Shown here: positions 38,327-51,974 of the stretch, one piece after another | Position numbering within the stretch: the first letter of the stretch is position 1 | Layout: each line of letters starts with the position of its first letter | Origin: Vicugna vicugna | Taxonomy: Eukaryota | Reading direction: 5' to 3' | NCBI GenBank assembly: GCA_013265495.1 | Contig: MU058636.1 | Coordinates: 4,809,741 to 4,873,740 of the forward strand | Length of the DNA: 64,000 bases | Translations under genes and position numbers: made by a program | The notes under the pieces: model-generated | Told to the model about the DNA's origin: nothing | Seen by the model: the letters and a program-made list of their open reading frames with translations, nothing else | Databases searched by the model: none

Positions 38327-39064
38327 CTTAGGTAAAATAAGATCTCCATGGGAACAAGGAAAAATAAGAAGTTTTAAAAAAAGGATTTGGTTTTACTACC
38401 TGGGCACACAAACAAATCTACTTTTCCCACAGCTGTGCTTATATGAACAATTAAGAAATACCTACTTTCCTGAACTATATAATTCTATAATGTTTCACTA
38501 AACCTTAACTTTACTACTTATTTCAAAATGGACCCCTAACATCGCACATTTAAATCACTATGAACTAATGTTACAAAAAATCCCAGCCGCTCTTTCCTCA
38601 TTAGGTTATATAGAGTACTGGCTTTTCCAGAGTTTCTGTTACCTTTCTAACTTTCCCAGCCAGTCCTCCTCCAGCTAACTGGAAAATTAGTAGCCTGTCA
38701 GAACATTCATAGACCACCAAAACATACCAATAAGGAGGAGCTTCCAAGTCAAGTAAATATGTGTCTAATCTGAAGCTGTTACTCTACAAAATAAGACTGA
38801 GGACTGGACAGGAGAAAGATGTAAAGGAGAATAAATGACTCTCCTAAAAGTCACCACAGTGGGCGCTTATACTAGCTTACACTATAACAAAGTTAGGGAA
38901 TTAAACACAACTTTCTCTTTGAGACTAATTGAAAGAAACATGTATGTATTATCCACCCAGCCACATACATTCTTTTCTCTAATTTAATATGAGATGTAGC
39001 CCTTCATGTTACATTTGATGAACAAGTTTTCTCCAATTCTTTTTTCTTAAGAAACCAGTTAGAG

Positions 39065-39380
39065 GGCATTATGCTGCATGGAGTAAGTCAGATAAAGAAA
39101 TAGTGTATGACATCACTTATATGTGGAATCTAAAAAAGCAACAAAACTAGTGAATAAAGCAAAAAAGAAGCAGATCCACAGATACAGAGAACAAACTAGT
39201 GGTCATTAGTGGCCAGGAGGGGCAATATAGGAGTGGGGAAGTGGAAGGTACAAACCACTGGGTCTAAGATAAGCTCAAGGATGTTATACACAACATAGGG
39301 AATATCAGTATTTTGTAATAGCTTTCAATGAAATGTAGCCTTTTAAAAATCATATTAAATTTTTAAAAAATTTTAAAACA
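39065..39380 (+). mobile_element. Short 5'-truncated L1 3' end
   Basis: GGGCATTATGCT...GACATCACTTATATGTGGAATCTAAAAA. Perfect 16-bp TSD AAGAAACCAGTTAGAG at 39049-39064 and 39381-39396. Confidence 0.9.
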
Positions 39381-39427
39381 AAGAAACCAGTTAGAGAAGG
39401 TCTTCTTTGAAAGAGATAAGAATGTAC

Positions 39428-39513
39428 CTCTACTGATGTTTTCCATTGCAAATAGATCATCTTCAGTGTCTTCCAGTCAAGGGGAACCACACAGTCAAAA
39501 GGCAACAAAGATT
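39428..39513 (-). CDS. N4BP2L2: N4BP2L2 long-isoform penultimate exon (86 nt)
   Basis: TTTTTTCACAG acceptor and GAG|GTACAT donor. Translates ESLLPFDCVVPLDWKTLKMIYLQWKTSVE. Confidence 0.92.
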
Positions 39514-41799
39514 CTGTGAAAAAACAGAGAATAAATTTCATTTATAATGTCATACAGTTTTTTACCTTAACTGTTAAGATATGCAAACATGATATCAAGA
39601 CCACCATAATGATAAAAGCCTGGTTTTGAAGATATTTCAGTGACAGTTAAAGCAGGAGTTGTTTGTCTCAGACCTCTATTACTATCCAGACTCAATAAAA
39701 ATGCTTATGTGTATATGTAAAGTGATGTGTATCATAGTTGATATTCTCAAGTAAGTAAATACATATATATACACATCAGTGGCTTCAAGTGGTACTGCCA
39801 CAGGGCATAGAATACAGGTAGTCATCCCTTCCTGTGACATGTATAAACACTGCAACTACAGCAAGTTTAGTTTTGCAAATTACTTCTTCCATATTAGTGT
39901 CTGGGGGAGAAATGCTTACATACAATTACGATGCTCATAAGCAAGTCTACACATTGATCTATACACATCAGCCATACAAACCATACAAAATATCTTTCCT
40001 ATACTCACATATCTCTAGCAACATAGGTAGTTTGGTTTCTTCAGGTCTATGTATGACTCTGCTTTATCACCTGTGTTTGCAAAGTTTCTATAACTAGAAT
40101 TCATTCAAGTTCCCTGTCTTATTTACAAGGCCATAGATTTACCAGAGCTTCACTTGTCCAATCTAGCCAAATTGGTTTACAGCCTCCACTTAGTTTTCTC
40201 CTCTCCTTTTTTAAGCACACACTGCTTCCAAATGTGAAATTCTTTCCCTCTTTTTCTTCTAAGCCACATTTATATAAGCACTGGTTATAATTCATTTCCA
40301 TTTGGAGCCATCCTACATAAAACTATCTAACCCTATATTTTCAACAATTCCTTTAGCATGGCTAACCTCATTCATAAAATATTCATGATTGTCATTTATA
40401 TTTTCCATGTGCAATAATTTTTTCTGTTAGTCTTGTCTCCCTATTTAGAAGGTAAACTATTTGATGAATGAGGTCTATTTCCTCTAAAACGCTTTCTAAA
40501 GCCTAATTAATGGATGCTGGACTATTATTGTTGATTATTATGGTGTTGTGCATTCAAGGGAGGAGGTTTAGAATCCTTTCCCACTAGTGACTTCATGCTT
40601 TCTAGTGGTGATGTAAGGCAGTGGTTGTTAATATTTTGGGGTCATGGACATCCCTGAGCTGATAAAATCTATGGATTTTCTCCCTAGCAAAATGGCATAA
40701 AATGACACAAAAAGTTTCCTACAATTTCAGAATATGGATTTTGGACAAAGATCCCTGTCCTAAAATGACTTCCATTATCTTGTTAAATTCTTCAAAGCAA
40801 GTCCATTTTAATTTTTTTTAATTGGTATGTTTCTTCATTGCATGTAGAAGGATGGAAAATCACAGCAAACAGTTAAGATGTGATTATTCACAAAGTTTAC
40901 AAAAATGATAAACATGATGACATAGCAGGTTGATAGCTGTGACTCCCCTGACCCTGAGACTTAGCCAATCTTGGGTCAGAGCTAAGTGGACCAAGTTTGC
41001 CCGTAACGGAAGAAGTTTAGGAACAAAGTAAAAAAAACTCTGGAAGAGAAGCTGTTAGAGAAGCCTAGGGTCCCTGGTAGTTACAGAAAAATATATACAT
41101 AAATCAGGAAGATACAGGATGTAGGGACTAGAGCTTTACTTCTTGGCTCTTAGAGCTTCTGTCCCCAAAGAAGGAGACACAATGCAATTGCATGAAATCA
41201 TCAACACATGCAATTGACTTACAGATAAGGAAAGGCTGGGATATGTGTTCCACTTCCTCTTTAAGATATTTAGCATCTTAAATAGGCATATTATTTAGAA
41301 GAAATTTACTTAGAATTTTACTTAGAATTATTTTTTAAATTTTTTCACTTTTTAAATTCACAGGTGGATTTTTCACTTCCAAAAACAACAATCTTAAGAG
41401 CCCCAAAGAAGCTTTCAAGTCAGCCAGTCAGATTCCTTCCTAAAAGCCATGTGCCAAATAAGGAAAATGTAGAAAGCAGAAAGATTTTTTTTTACAAAAG
41501 CAGTCCATCTCTATTTGTTACATAACCACTGCCTGTCTCATTCTTCATTCGTCCCACTATTTAAACTGTGAGTCCACATATTCAATGTGCTCAAAGACAT
41601 TTCAGACTGCTGGTTGTGGAGGCAGGGGCTGGGAGGCATGACTTCATCAAGTACCATTTGCTGAGTCCTCCCATCCACTGAAAAGCATCACAAGATCAAT
41701 TAACTGCATGAAATCACTAACACGAGGTAGAAACACCTCAAAAATTATGAACATACGTTAAATCAGACTTTTTATTTGTAGCAAATAAACACAATTTAC

Positions 41800-43556
41800 C
41801 CACTGGCACTCCAGGAGATCCAAAAAGCTTTACTAGTTGAAAGGCAAACCTTTGTGATAGTGGTAGCTCAAGGGAATCAAAGCAGTCAGGGCTTGTTAAA
41901 TCTTGGTTATCCTCAGTTTGTAAGAACTGTAATGACTTAGGTTCTTCCCACGTCTTCAGCTTTTTACCAAAACTTTCAGTTAAATAGTGAACATCAGAAG
42001 TGACACTAAAAGAGTACAACGTATCAGGGTGGCTACTTAAAATTTCTGAAGTAACCCTTACATCATTTAGTTTATCACCTACTCTTGTCTGAGAGCTGAA
42101 AGTCAATAATGGTTTCTTGCTTGTAAAAGGTATCTTCCAAAAGCTAGATGTATATTGGGGCATAAGAGAAGTAACGGGGTTTTTGTAAAAATATACTGAG
42201 TGCCTTAGTCTGGTAAATGGCAGGTAATGAGAATAAAATTGTCTACCAACATTTAGAGGAGTATCTTTGACAATATCAAAGTAAAATCATGATGGATGAT
42301 GACTGAAGGTCGTAAGTTTTTTCTTAATCTCTTCTTCATTATTTATTTCTGAAATTCTATCATTTTCTTCTTTCAAAGTAATTTTTAATCCATGGCTTTC
42401 TGTTAACAAGCTGTACTGCCCCCTTTCTTTTACACTGATATGTATCTGTCCCAGTAAGTTAAAGTTCGGTGCCAAACTGAAAATCCTCTTCTGCCTCCTT
42501 TTTTTATTTGTGGAGTGAAAGGCACTCTTCATGATATCCAGCTTAAGGAAGCAGCTTCTAAAGATGTTTGTCTCTGTTTCTATGACAGGATCTATATTCT
42601 CAGTTGGAGGTGACAAATCTTCATTTTCTATCAATTGCTTCTCTGCTATCAATGCTTCTGGACTGCTTCCTGGTCCTGATGCTCCTTCAGAAGTGGAGAT
42701 CAATTTAATCAATTGCCCCTTGCTGTCAGGACAGGCTACCTTTCGCCATCTATCTTTCTTTGGTCTCTGCTCACATATAAACTTATGAGGTCCCTCAGGC
42801 CAGCTATCACAATAGGGTTGTCTTTCAGAGCCCAGTTGTAATTCTTCATCAGATAAATCATTTGAGAAAAAAGCCCAGTAATTGTTTCTAGTTGTATTTA
42901 CTCCTTGTTCCTTTGGTAAAACTTTATCTGAAGTTCGAGATCCATGTTGATCGCACAGAATTGTTTCATTCAGAAGACTCTTATCTACCACCTCTCTCTT
43001 CTGCATAAGTGAGTGTGGGGTTTCAACAAATCGGTCCTGGACGTCTGATGCCGTGATCTCTCTATTTCCAGTATGCTTTTCTACCTTTGTGCCAGAGCAG
43101 TCATCACTTGCTTCACAGGAAAGATTTTGAGTCTCTTTTGGACAGGAAACAGAGCTTTCATCGGGCATCAATGACAAACTTAGAAACAAGTCATCAGCTT
43201 TCTTAGGCAGGTAATTCTTTGCTGTATCGTCCAACTCAACTACAGACATAACTTTCGGCAAAGTGTTTTCAGAATTTATGTTTTCCTGTCTTTCATCTTT
43301 CTGGCCATTTCTGAAATGTCCTACTTCACGTCTCAGACCTCCAGTGAAGGAACATTCTGCTTCTCTTTTGGTCTCTTCTAAGTCTTCCTCTTCACTCTGA
43401 GATGGGTCCTGATCTTCTGATGTAAGATAACTTAAGGTTTCAAATGAGTTTTCATCCATGATTTTACTATGACTGCTCTTCTTTTTATTTCTTCTTCTGT
43501 TTCTTTTCTGTTTGGTTTTGTTGAGTCTGTGCCCAGTTTTGTTCAAATCCCTTTCT
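41800..43556 (-). CDS. N4BP2L2: N4BP2L2 long-isoform large exon (1757 nt) with one in-frame TGA at 42289-42287
   Basis: TTTTATATTTCAG acceptor and TGG|GTAAAT donor. One frame runs ERDLNKTGHRL...FSHHPS*FYFDIVKDTPL...FQLVKLFGSPGVPV; track ORFs 42287-43585 and 41738-42163 are in the same frame. Confidence 0.88.
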
Positions 43557-43979
43557 CTGAAATATAAAAGAATTAAGAAATTCATAACTTAATTACTTGT
43601 ATAACAGCAACAAACTAAAACATTATACTCAGTTTTAGGTTTACAGATTGTTAGTACGAGAGTGTGTGTGTACTTTGTACTATATTTTAAAATCACTTTT
43701 TAAAAGATATACTTTATTTCTCTAAAATGAGTACACTTTGAGAAAGTTACAACTCATTTTCACATACTTATTTCATAAACCAATAACTTTGTGAAAACCC
43801 AGTATTTATATATATGTAAAATTTTTTATTTATGTATAGAAAACCTACCAATAAACATCTTGGTTTTCCTAACATTTTGAATTTTGAAAAGTGAAAAGTG
43901 ACAGGTATAGTCTAAATGGCACAGTTTTAGTGGCTCAAATAGCTAGGACTTCTCTAGACGTAAAAATTTTGGCAATTAA

Positions 43980-44486
43980 CATTTGCAGCAAAATGGATGG
44001 ACCTAGAGATGATCATACTAAGTGAAGTTAGAGAGAGAAAGACAAATATTATATGATACTTTTTTTTTAATTAAAAAAATGGGGGCGATAATTAGGTTTT
44101 AATATTTATTCATTTTTAGAGGAGGTACTAGGGATTGAACCCACCACCCTGTGTATGCTAAGCATGTGCTCTACCACTTGAGCTATACACTCCCCCCAAT
44201 ATGATATTGTTTATATGTGGAATCTAAAATGTGATACAAAGGAATTTATTTACAAAGCAGAAACAGACTCACAGACGTAGAAACCAAATTTATGTTTACC
44301 AAAAGGGAAAGAAATGGGAGGGACAAATTAGGAGTTTGGGATTAGCAGATACACAGTACTATATATAAAATAAACAAACAACCAGGTCCTACTGTATAGC
44401 ACAGGGAACTATATTCAATATTTTGTAATAAACTATAATGGAAAAGAATCTGAAAAGGAATATACATATATATATATATATGTATG

Positions 44487-44517
<31 letters not shown>

Positions 44518-44614
44518 GTGGTGGGGGGAGAAAGAGAGAGAACTAAATCACTTTGTTATACACCAGAAACTAACACAATATTGTAAATTAACTACACTTC
44601 AATTAAAAAAAAAC
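43980..44614 (+). mobile_element. L1 3' fragment containing a nested SINE and a (TA)/(CA) repeat
   Basis: ATTTGCAGCAAAATGGATGGACCTAGAG start. TSD TTTTGGCAATTAA at 43967-43979 and 44615-44627. Confidence 0.9.
44059..44197 (-). mobile_element. tRNA-Ala-like SINE (Vic-1-like, long-tail form) nested in L1
   Basis: Minus strand reads GGGGGGAGTGTATAGCTCAAGTGGTAGAGCACATGCTTAGCAT...GGTTCAATCCCTAGTACCTCC, then an AACCTAATTA tail and poly(A). Flanked by ATATGATA repeats. Confidence 0.88.
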
Positions 44615-44713
44615 TTTTGGCAATTAAGTTGCCCCATCAAATTATAAAGAACAGTTGATGATGAGGAGCCAAGGCCAGTATTGAGGTGATAATGCTTCCA
44701 ACTGCCTAGCTAG

Positions 44714-44900
44714 CAGTGGTTCTAAACCAGAGGCTCTACCACTACCTTATAGGGTGTTTGGAAATGTGTGAAGGCATTTCTGGTGGTCTCAATGGCTGGC
44801 ACTTGGTACTGAGGCCAAGGATGTTAACCATCCTGCAATGCCGGAGACTGTTCTACAGTGAAGACTCATCCCATACAAAAAAGCAATCGTGCTTTCATCA
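44714..44900. mobile_element. MER20-like hAT-Charlie element
   Basis: CAGTGGTTCTAAACC start; GAGGCCAAGGATGTTAACCATCCTGCAATGC. Confidence 0.6.
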
Positions 44901-45439
44901 AGCACAGGAAAAGTACACAGTGCCCCTTGATTGAAGGCAATCTTTGATCCCGAGAGAAAAAGGATTTAGGATATTTTCTAATTTAGAATCTAAAGGTTTA
45001 GTTACATTTTCTTTCACAAGATACAGATGAAAACAGTAAAATACAGTGGGGGAGGACAATAGATACAGCTGAGGGAGAAACAAAACCAGGACAGAGAAAT
45101 AGGAAAACAATTAAACAAGCAAACAAACACAGAAACACAGAGATTATTAAAACTACCCTAGCCTCTGGCCTGGTTTATTCCATCCCATGCTGCTAGGCTA
45201 CTTTCAATAGGTAGGAGTCCTGAAGGTCTTGTTCTTCGTCATTTAATTGCTGTTGCCGTTGTTTACATATCTTCTTGGATGTTGGTTTAGAAAGAACATT
45301 AAGGTTGTAAATCAACCATACTTCAACTAAAAATAAATTTGAATTTTTTGAAAAAGAAAAAAAGCCATTAAGGAACAGTAAATTACTGAGAAGCAATTAA
45401 GATGTGGCTTCTATAAAAACGATAAGGAGAAACAAGAGG

Positions 45440-45612
45440 TTTATACTATATAGCACAGGGAGATATCTTATAGTAACTTATGGTTAAAAAGAATATGAAA
45501 ATGAATATATGTATGTCCCTATACGACTGAAGTATTGTGCTATCTATACACCAGAAATTGACACAACATTGTAAACTGACTATACTTCAATAAAAATATA
45601 TTTTTTAAAAAA
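45440..45612 (+). mobile_element. Short L1 3'-UTR tail
   Basis: TATAGCACAGGGAG...ACACCAGAAATTGACACAACATTGTAAACTGACTATACTTCAATAAAAA. Confidence 0.8.
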
Positions 45613-46344
45613 GGATATGGAGTAAAGAATGCTAACTTTGTAGTGACTCTTTTCACAGTCAGTTCTGATTCTGATGAAAGGTCTAGTTGAAGTCTAACGT
45701 GCCATCACTGTTAGGAAATTCACACTGCAGACTTGTCTGTCATCCTAAAACCAAACTCCACTGTCTTCACCCAAACATGAACCATTCTGTTTCAGGGAAA
45801 GGAGGAAAATAATGGGTCGAGTTTGTTGTTGCTTTATTTATTGGACTAAATGATAAAATACTGAAGACTTAAAACTCACTCCAGGACTGGTGACTCTGTG
45901 GAGCTGAATGCATTTAACATGTATCACTTGGTCCCCTCTCCCCTCTTTTTAACACCTTTATTGCGGTATGGTTCCCGTACAGTAAACTACACATATTTCA
46001 AATGTACAATTTGATGAATTTTGATAGATGTATACAGCCAATGTCCCTTTAAACAGCTCTCTACTGCACAAGGAAAAAGCCCTAATCTATGGAAATGGGG
46101 TACTAGATATCATCAGAAAAATGTTTATAGCTCCCTATGCCACCAGGAATTCTAAAGTCCACAATGCTACTTTGAAAATTAATACAACTTAAAAAAAATA
46201 CAACTACTAATGCACACTAACTATTGCTCTACAATATACTAACTTACCAAGTGTTCACAATGACCACATGTGGTAAGGCAAATGCTAGTTTTACCCCCAT
46301 CTCAAAAAGGCAACTGAAATAAAGAGAAGTTGAAGAATTCTCCC

Positions 46345-47142
46345 AGCCACAATCGAAAACAGTATGCAAGTTCCTCAAAAAATTAAAAACAGAACTACCA
46401 TATGAGTCAGCAATTCCACTTCTGGGAATATATCCAAAGGAAATAAAAACACTACCTCAGAAAGATATCTGTACCCCATGTTAATAGCAGCATTATTTGC
46501 AATAGCCAAAACATGGAAACAAGTGTCCATCAACAGATAAATGGATAAAGAAATTGTGAGATAGATAGATAGGTAGATAGATAGATAATCTCACACATAC
46601 AATTGAATATCATTCAGCCATAAAAAATGTGGACATTCTACCATTTGCAACAACATGGATGAAACTTGAAGGTATTATGGTAAGTGAAATCAGTCAGAAA
46701 GAGAAAGATAAATACTGTTAGATCTCACTTACATGTGGAATCTAAAAGAAAACATGCTAAAAAAAAAACTCATAGAAAAATAGATTAGATTTGTACCAGA
46801 AGCTGGGGGTGGGGTAAGCAGAATTGGAGGAAGGTGGTCGAAAGGTACAAACTTCCAGTTATTAGATAATTAAGTACTGCGGGTTTAATACACAACATGA
46901 TGACTATAGTTAACACTGAGGTATGGTATATAGGAAAATTGTTAAGAGAGTAGATCCTAAGAGTTCTCATCACAAGGAGAAAACTTGTTTCTTTTATTTT
47001 TATTCTATCTATATAAGTTGATGGATGTTAACTAACCATACTGTGGTAATTATTTCACAATTTATATAAATCAAACCATTATGCTGTATACTTTAAATTT
47101 ACACAGGGATGTCTGTGAACTATTTCTCAGTAAAACTGGAAA

Positions 47143-47150
<8 letters not shown>
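46345..47150 (+). mobile_element. L1 3' end inside a MIR, with internal (GATA)n and a trailing (GA)n to about 47178
   Basis: GTTCCTCAAAAAATTAAAAACAGAACTACCATATGA...CAACATGGATGAAACTTGAAGG; poly(A) near 47140-47151. Confidence 0.88.
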
Positions 47151-47182
<32 letters not shown>

Positions 47183-48228
47183 TGCCCTGGGTCACACGCC
47201 TACTGGCAGAATTGAGACCAAGGCTGACTGGCTCTAGATTCCATACTCTTTAAACATTATACAAAACTGCCTCTCCATTTAAATACAGAATTTAACAAAA
47301 ACACTTCCCTTCTCTCTTTCTCTTCCTCCTCTCATCTTCAAATTCTCACATGTGCATAAACACAGAGATATCCAGCTGACAAGGGTCAAGTCCTTTTCAT
47401 AGAAGCAACTCTTGGGACTTGGCTCCTACTATCTCTAACCTAATAGTGTCTTGAGACTTTTCTCTTGTTCTCTCTCTCTCTGGATCAAAGCAAGATAGAA
47501 CCACAACAGAAAGTGAGAGAAGGTGGTGTGGAGCAGGACCTATTTCCCTAATCGGACTTTATGCCAAAGCTTTATATGAGCAATGGGAAGACCAGGGTGA
47601 CCCATAACTCAGGTAGGCTGCTGGACACAAGGATCTCCTCCTGTAATTAATTGATTTGTCATAGGGTAGAGGTAGGGAAGAATGATCACATTCTGCACAT
47701 ATTTTGAAGGAAAGACAAGCAGGATTTGAAAACAAATTGGTTAGACTATGAGGAAAAAGGTAACAATCAAGTATGAGTGCACAGATTTTTGCCTGAACAA
47801 TTGAAAGGATGAAACAGCCATTTGTTGATACACAGAACCCTGTGCAAGGCAAGGGTTTGGAGAGAGCTTTGCTAAATCAATTGCCTCAAAGTTCAGCTCG
47901 GGGTCTTAACCAATAAACTAATCTGTCCCTATAACAGAGGTTAGAAAGTGGAAAAGATGAGGGCTTCTCTAATACTCCTTAAGGATTCCTATGCTTTTTA
48001 AGTGGATTACAATCTGATAGCTACTTAGAGAAAGAATAGTAGAAACCTGCCAATGATGAAAACTCACAATGTCTGCAGAGAATTTAATATGGATCATGAA
48101 AGAATGAGGCGGCTTAAGAACAAACTATTAGAGTCTGAGAGATAGGCAATTTATTAAAACAGTTTGCTAAACAAATTAGTCAAAGGAGTCTCCCAAGGAC
48201 TGGAATTCCAATTAAAAATACAACATAG

Positions 48229-49180
48229 TTCCACAAACGACAAATGCTGGAGAGGCTGGTGCAGCCACTGTGGAAAACTGTATGGAGATTCCTCAAAAGA
48301 CTAGGGATAAACTTACCATATGACCCAGGAATTCTGCTCCTGGTCATATATTCAGAAGGAACCCTACTTCAAAATGACACCTGCACCCCAATGTTCATAG
48401 CAGCACTATTTACTATAGCCAAGACACGGAAACAGCCTAAATGTCCATCAACAGATGACTGGATAAAGAAGATGTGGTATAAAGGGATAGACTGGGATTT
48501 CAAAATTGTAGAACAGATAAACAAGATTACACTGTATAGCACAGGGAAATATACACAAAATGTTATGATAAATCACAGAGAAAAAAATGTGACAATGAGT
48601 GTGTATATGTCCATGTATGACTGAAAAATTGTACTGAACACTGGAATTTGACACAACACTGTAAAATGATTATGAATCAATAAAAATGTAAAAAAAAAAA
48701 AAGAAGATGTGGTATATTTATACAATGGAATACTATTCAGCTATAAACAATGACAACATAATGCCATTTGCAGCAACATGGATGTTCCTGGAGAATGTCA
48801 TTCTAAGTGAAGTAAGCCAGAAACAGAAAGAAAAATAGCATATGAGATCATTCATATGTGAGATCTAAAACAAAAACAGAAACAAAAAACATAAATACAA
48901 AAAAGAAACAGACTCATAGACATAGAATGCAAACTTGTAGTTGCCACGGGGGCGGGGAGTAGGAAGGGACAGACTGGGATTTCAAAATGTAGAATAGATA
49001 AACAAGATTATACTGTATAGCACAGGGAAATATATACAAGATCTTGTGGTAGCTCACAATGAAAAAATCATGTGACAATGAATATATGTATGTTCATGTA
49101 TAAATGAAAAATTGTGCTCTACACTGGAATTTGACACAACATTATAAAATGACTATAACTCAATAAAAAATGTTTAAAAA
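48229..49180 (+). mobile_element. Young L1 3' fragment
   Basis: ORF2 C-terminus [24 protein letters not shown]...CTPMFIAALFTIAK. TSD AAAATACAACATAG near 48215-48228 and 49179-49192. Confidence 0.92.
48482..48699 (+). mobile_element. L1 3' tail nested in a closely related L1
   Basis: 17-bp TSD AAAGAAGATGTGGTATA at 48465-48481 and 48700-48716; sequence parallels the host tail at about 48965-49180. Confidence 0.88.
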
Positions 49181-50634
49181 AATACAACATAGCACCAAGA
49201 AGTATGAAAATCAGAAGACTGACTTGACAAGGAAGTGTGTCAGACTTATACTACTTCTGCACCACTGAAGCTCTATATAGCAACCATACTTGTTCCAGTA
49301 CTTGGACTAGGCCTTTTGGAAAGAAAACAGAAACTGATAACAGGGACTTGTGAAGCACCTGGGAGGTAAGAGAAGTGGTGGTGGCAGCGGTGGTGCTAAC
49401 TTCTGTGAGAATGTATACGCAATGGATGGGGCTAATCAGTAGATGTACTTATCTACTTATAAAATGTGAAAGGCTCATCAAACCTGTGTCTCACTTGTGC
49501 TGATTCATGTAGGAATGAATGGTACCATTAAAAGAAAAGAAGCATCACTAAGTATAAGTTAGTTGTGGAGAAGAAATCAGGAGAGTTGGAGGCATGGGCT
49601 GTAGCTTTAGAGAAGAAAGGAAGAAATAAGAAAAGAACAAATGGTAACACATCTCTGATTAATAAGATTTTGCTTTCTAAATAATGGATTAGAATCTAAG
49701 CTCCTGGGTAGGGATGGAGTGTACTTCTTAAGAATTAGAAAGAGAATATTTGTTCAGAGACAAGCTAACCTGAACACAAAGGTGAGAGAACATCCAGATA
49801 AAGCAAAAACTGACACTATGGAGAAAATAGTATGTGGTTATTGCCTAATAATCTTCATGAACAAAATAATTAAGAGAGCCAGAAACAATATTTCTTTTTG
49901 AAGAGGCCTATATACTAAATCATGAGGCATGAACAATAAATGAATAAAACTTAATTAAAACACATACATTAAAAAGAGAGGTCTCACAGATTTATGAAAT
50001 GACTGTGGTTGGAATAATCCAGACCTAGGTCCTAGGTTTGGCTCAGTAATAAGCTAAAAGTGGGATCCTGGGCAAATCAGGACTCCCTTCTTAAATGGAG
50101 GTATTACCTCCTTGCAGAGTTGTAAAGGTGATTATTAATACAGATGCTCTTAAATGACTTCTACCAATCAATCACGGATTAATTCTCTCCACTGCCTCTG
50201 TACAATATGACTAATGCCAATGACATACCAAATGCTTCCATCTAGATGGTTGTTCTCTAGTATAACCACACCTTTCCACTCACATTACTTAGGGCTGCAT
50301 ATTTACAATGAGTCAGATGAGCTTATGCCCAAGTCTGATTATATTAATCATAGTTGTACTATAATTATGTAGTATGACAAAACATGTCAATCAGTGGGAT
50401 ATAAGTACAAGAAAGAAAGCTTCTATAAAAAAATTAAATTGAAGTCAGTGACTCAATAAAGATAAAGTACTAAACAATTGTTAATCAAATTAGGTGTGGG
50501 CAAGATAACCATAAGGTTTCGTTAAAATCATAAAAATGTATAATTTTGCACTCCTATTGCTTTGAAGATTTCTTTGGGTTTGCCCTTCAATTTATATCAA
50601 TGGAAACTAGAAATTCCTTAAACCCGTTCATTAT

Positions 50635-51972
50635 AGTCAATTAATCTACAGCAAAGGAGGCAAGAATATACAATGAAGAAAAGACAGCCTCTTCAATAAG
50701 TGGTGCTAGGAAAACTGGACAGCTACATGTAAAAGAATGAAATTAGAACATTCTCTAACACCATATTTTAAAAAATACTAAAAATGGATTAAAGATTTAA
50801 ATTAAAGGCCAGAAAATATAAGACTTCTAGAGGAAAACATGCAGAACACTCTTTGACATAAGTTGTAGCAATATTTTTTTTTAAATCTGTCTCATAAAAC
50901 AAAGAAAATAAAAGCAAAATTAAACAAATGGGATCTAATTAAACTTAAAAAGCTTTTGCAAAGAAAAGGAAATCATCAACAAAACCAAAAGATAGCCTAC
51001 TAAATGGGAGAAGATATTTGCAAGTGTTCTGACTCATAGGGGTTAATATCCACACATATAAACAGCGCATACAATTTAACTTAAAAAAATCTGATTATAT
51101 GAAAAAATGCTTAATACTGCTAATTATCAGAGAAATGCAAATCAAAACTACAATGAGGTATCAACTCACACCAGCCAGAATAGCCATCATTCAAAAGTCC
51201 ACAAATGATAAATACTGGAGAGGATGTGGAGAAAAGGGAACCCTCCTATACTGCTGGTGGAAATGTAGTTTGGGGCAGCCATTATGGAAAACAGTATGGA
51301 GATTTCTCAAAAAACTAGAACTAGCCCTATCATATGATCCAACAATCCCACTCTTGGTCATATATCCAGAGGGAACTCTAATTTAAAAAGATACATACAC
51401 TCCAATGTTCATAGCAGCACTACATACAAAAGCCAAGACATGCAAGCAACCTAAATGTCCACTGACAGATGACCGGGTAAAGAAGTTGTGGTATATTTAT
51501 AAAATGGAATACTACTCAGCCATAGAAAATAATAAAATAATGTCATTCACAGGAACATGGTTGGCCCTGCAGAATATCACTAAGTGAAGTAAGCCAGAAA
51601 GAGAAAGAAAAATGCCATATGATATCACTCATATGTGGAATCTAAAAAAGAAAAAAAAAGACGAATTTATTTATAAAACGGAAACAGACTCACAGACATA
51701 GAAAACAAATTTATGGTTACTGGAGGGAACAGGGTAGGAAGGGATAAATTGGGAGTTTGAGATTTGCAAATACTGACTGGTATATATAAAACAGATAAAC
51801 AAGTTTATGCTGTGTAGCTCAGGAACTATATTTGATATCTTGTAGTAGTTTATGGTGAAAAATATGAAAACAAATATATGTATATTTAAGTACGACTGAA
51901 GCATTCTGCTGTACAGCAGAAATTGACACAACATAGTAAAATGACTATACTTCAATTAAAAATTTTTAAAAA
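50635..51972 (+). mobile_element. L1 ORF2 3' region and 3' UTR
   Basis: Peptides [25 protein letters not shown] and [15 protein letters not shown]1 3' UTR with A-rich end. Confidence 0.9.
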
Positions 51973-51974
51973 TT

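Noticed and set aside
45880..45903. 24-nt frame-preserving micro-exon on the minus strand (donor GGA|GTGAGT)
   Set aside because: The acceptor has no polypyrimidine tract and I have no homology support.
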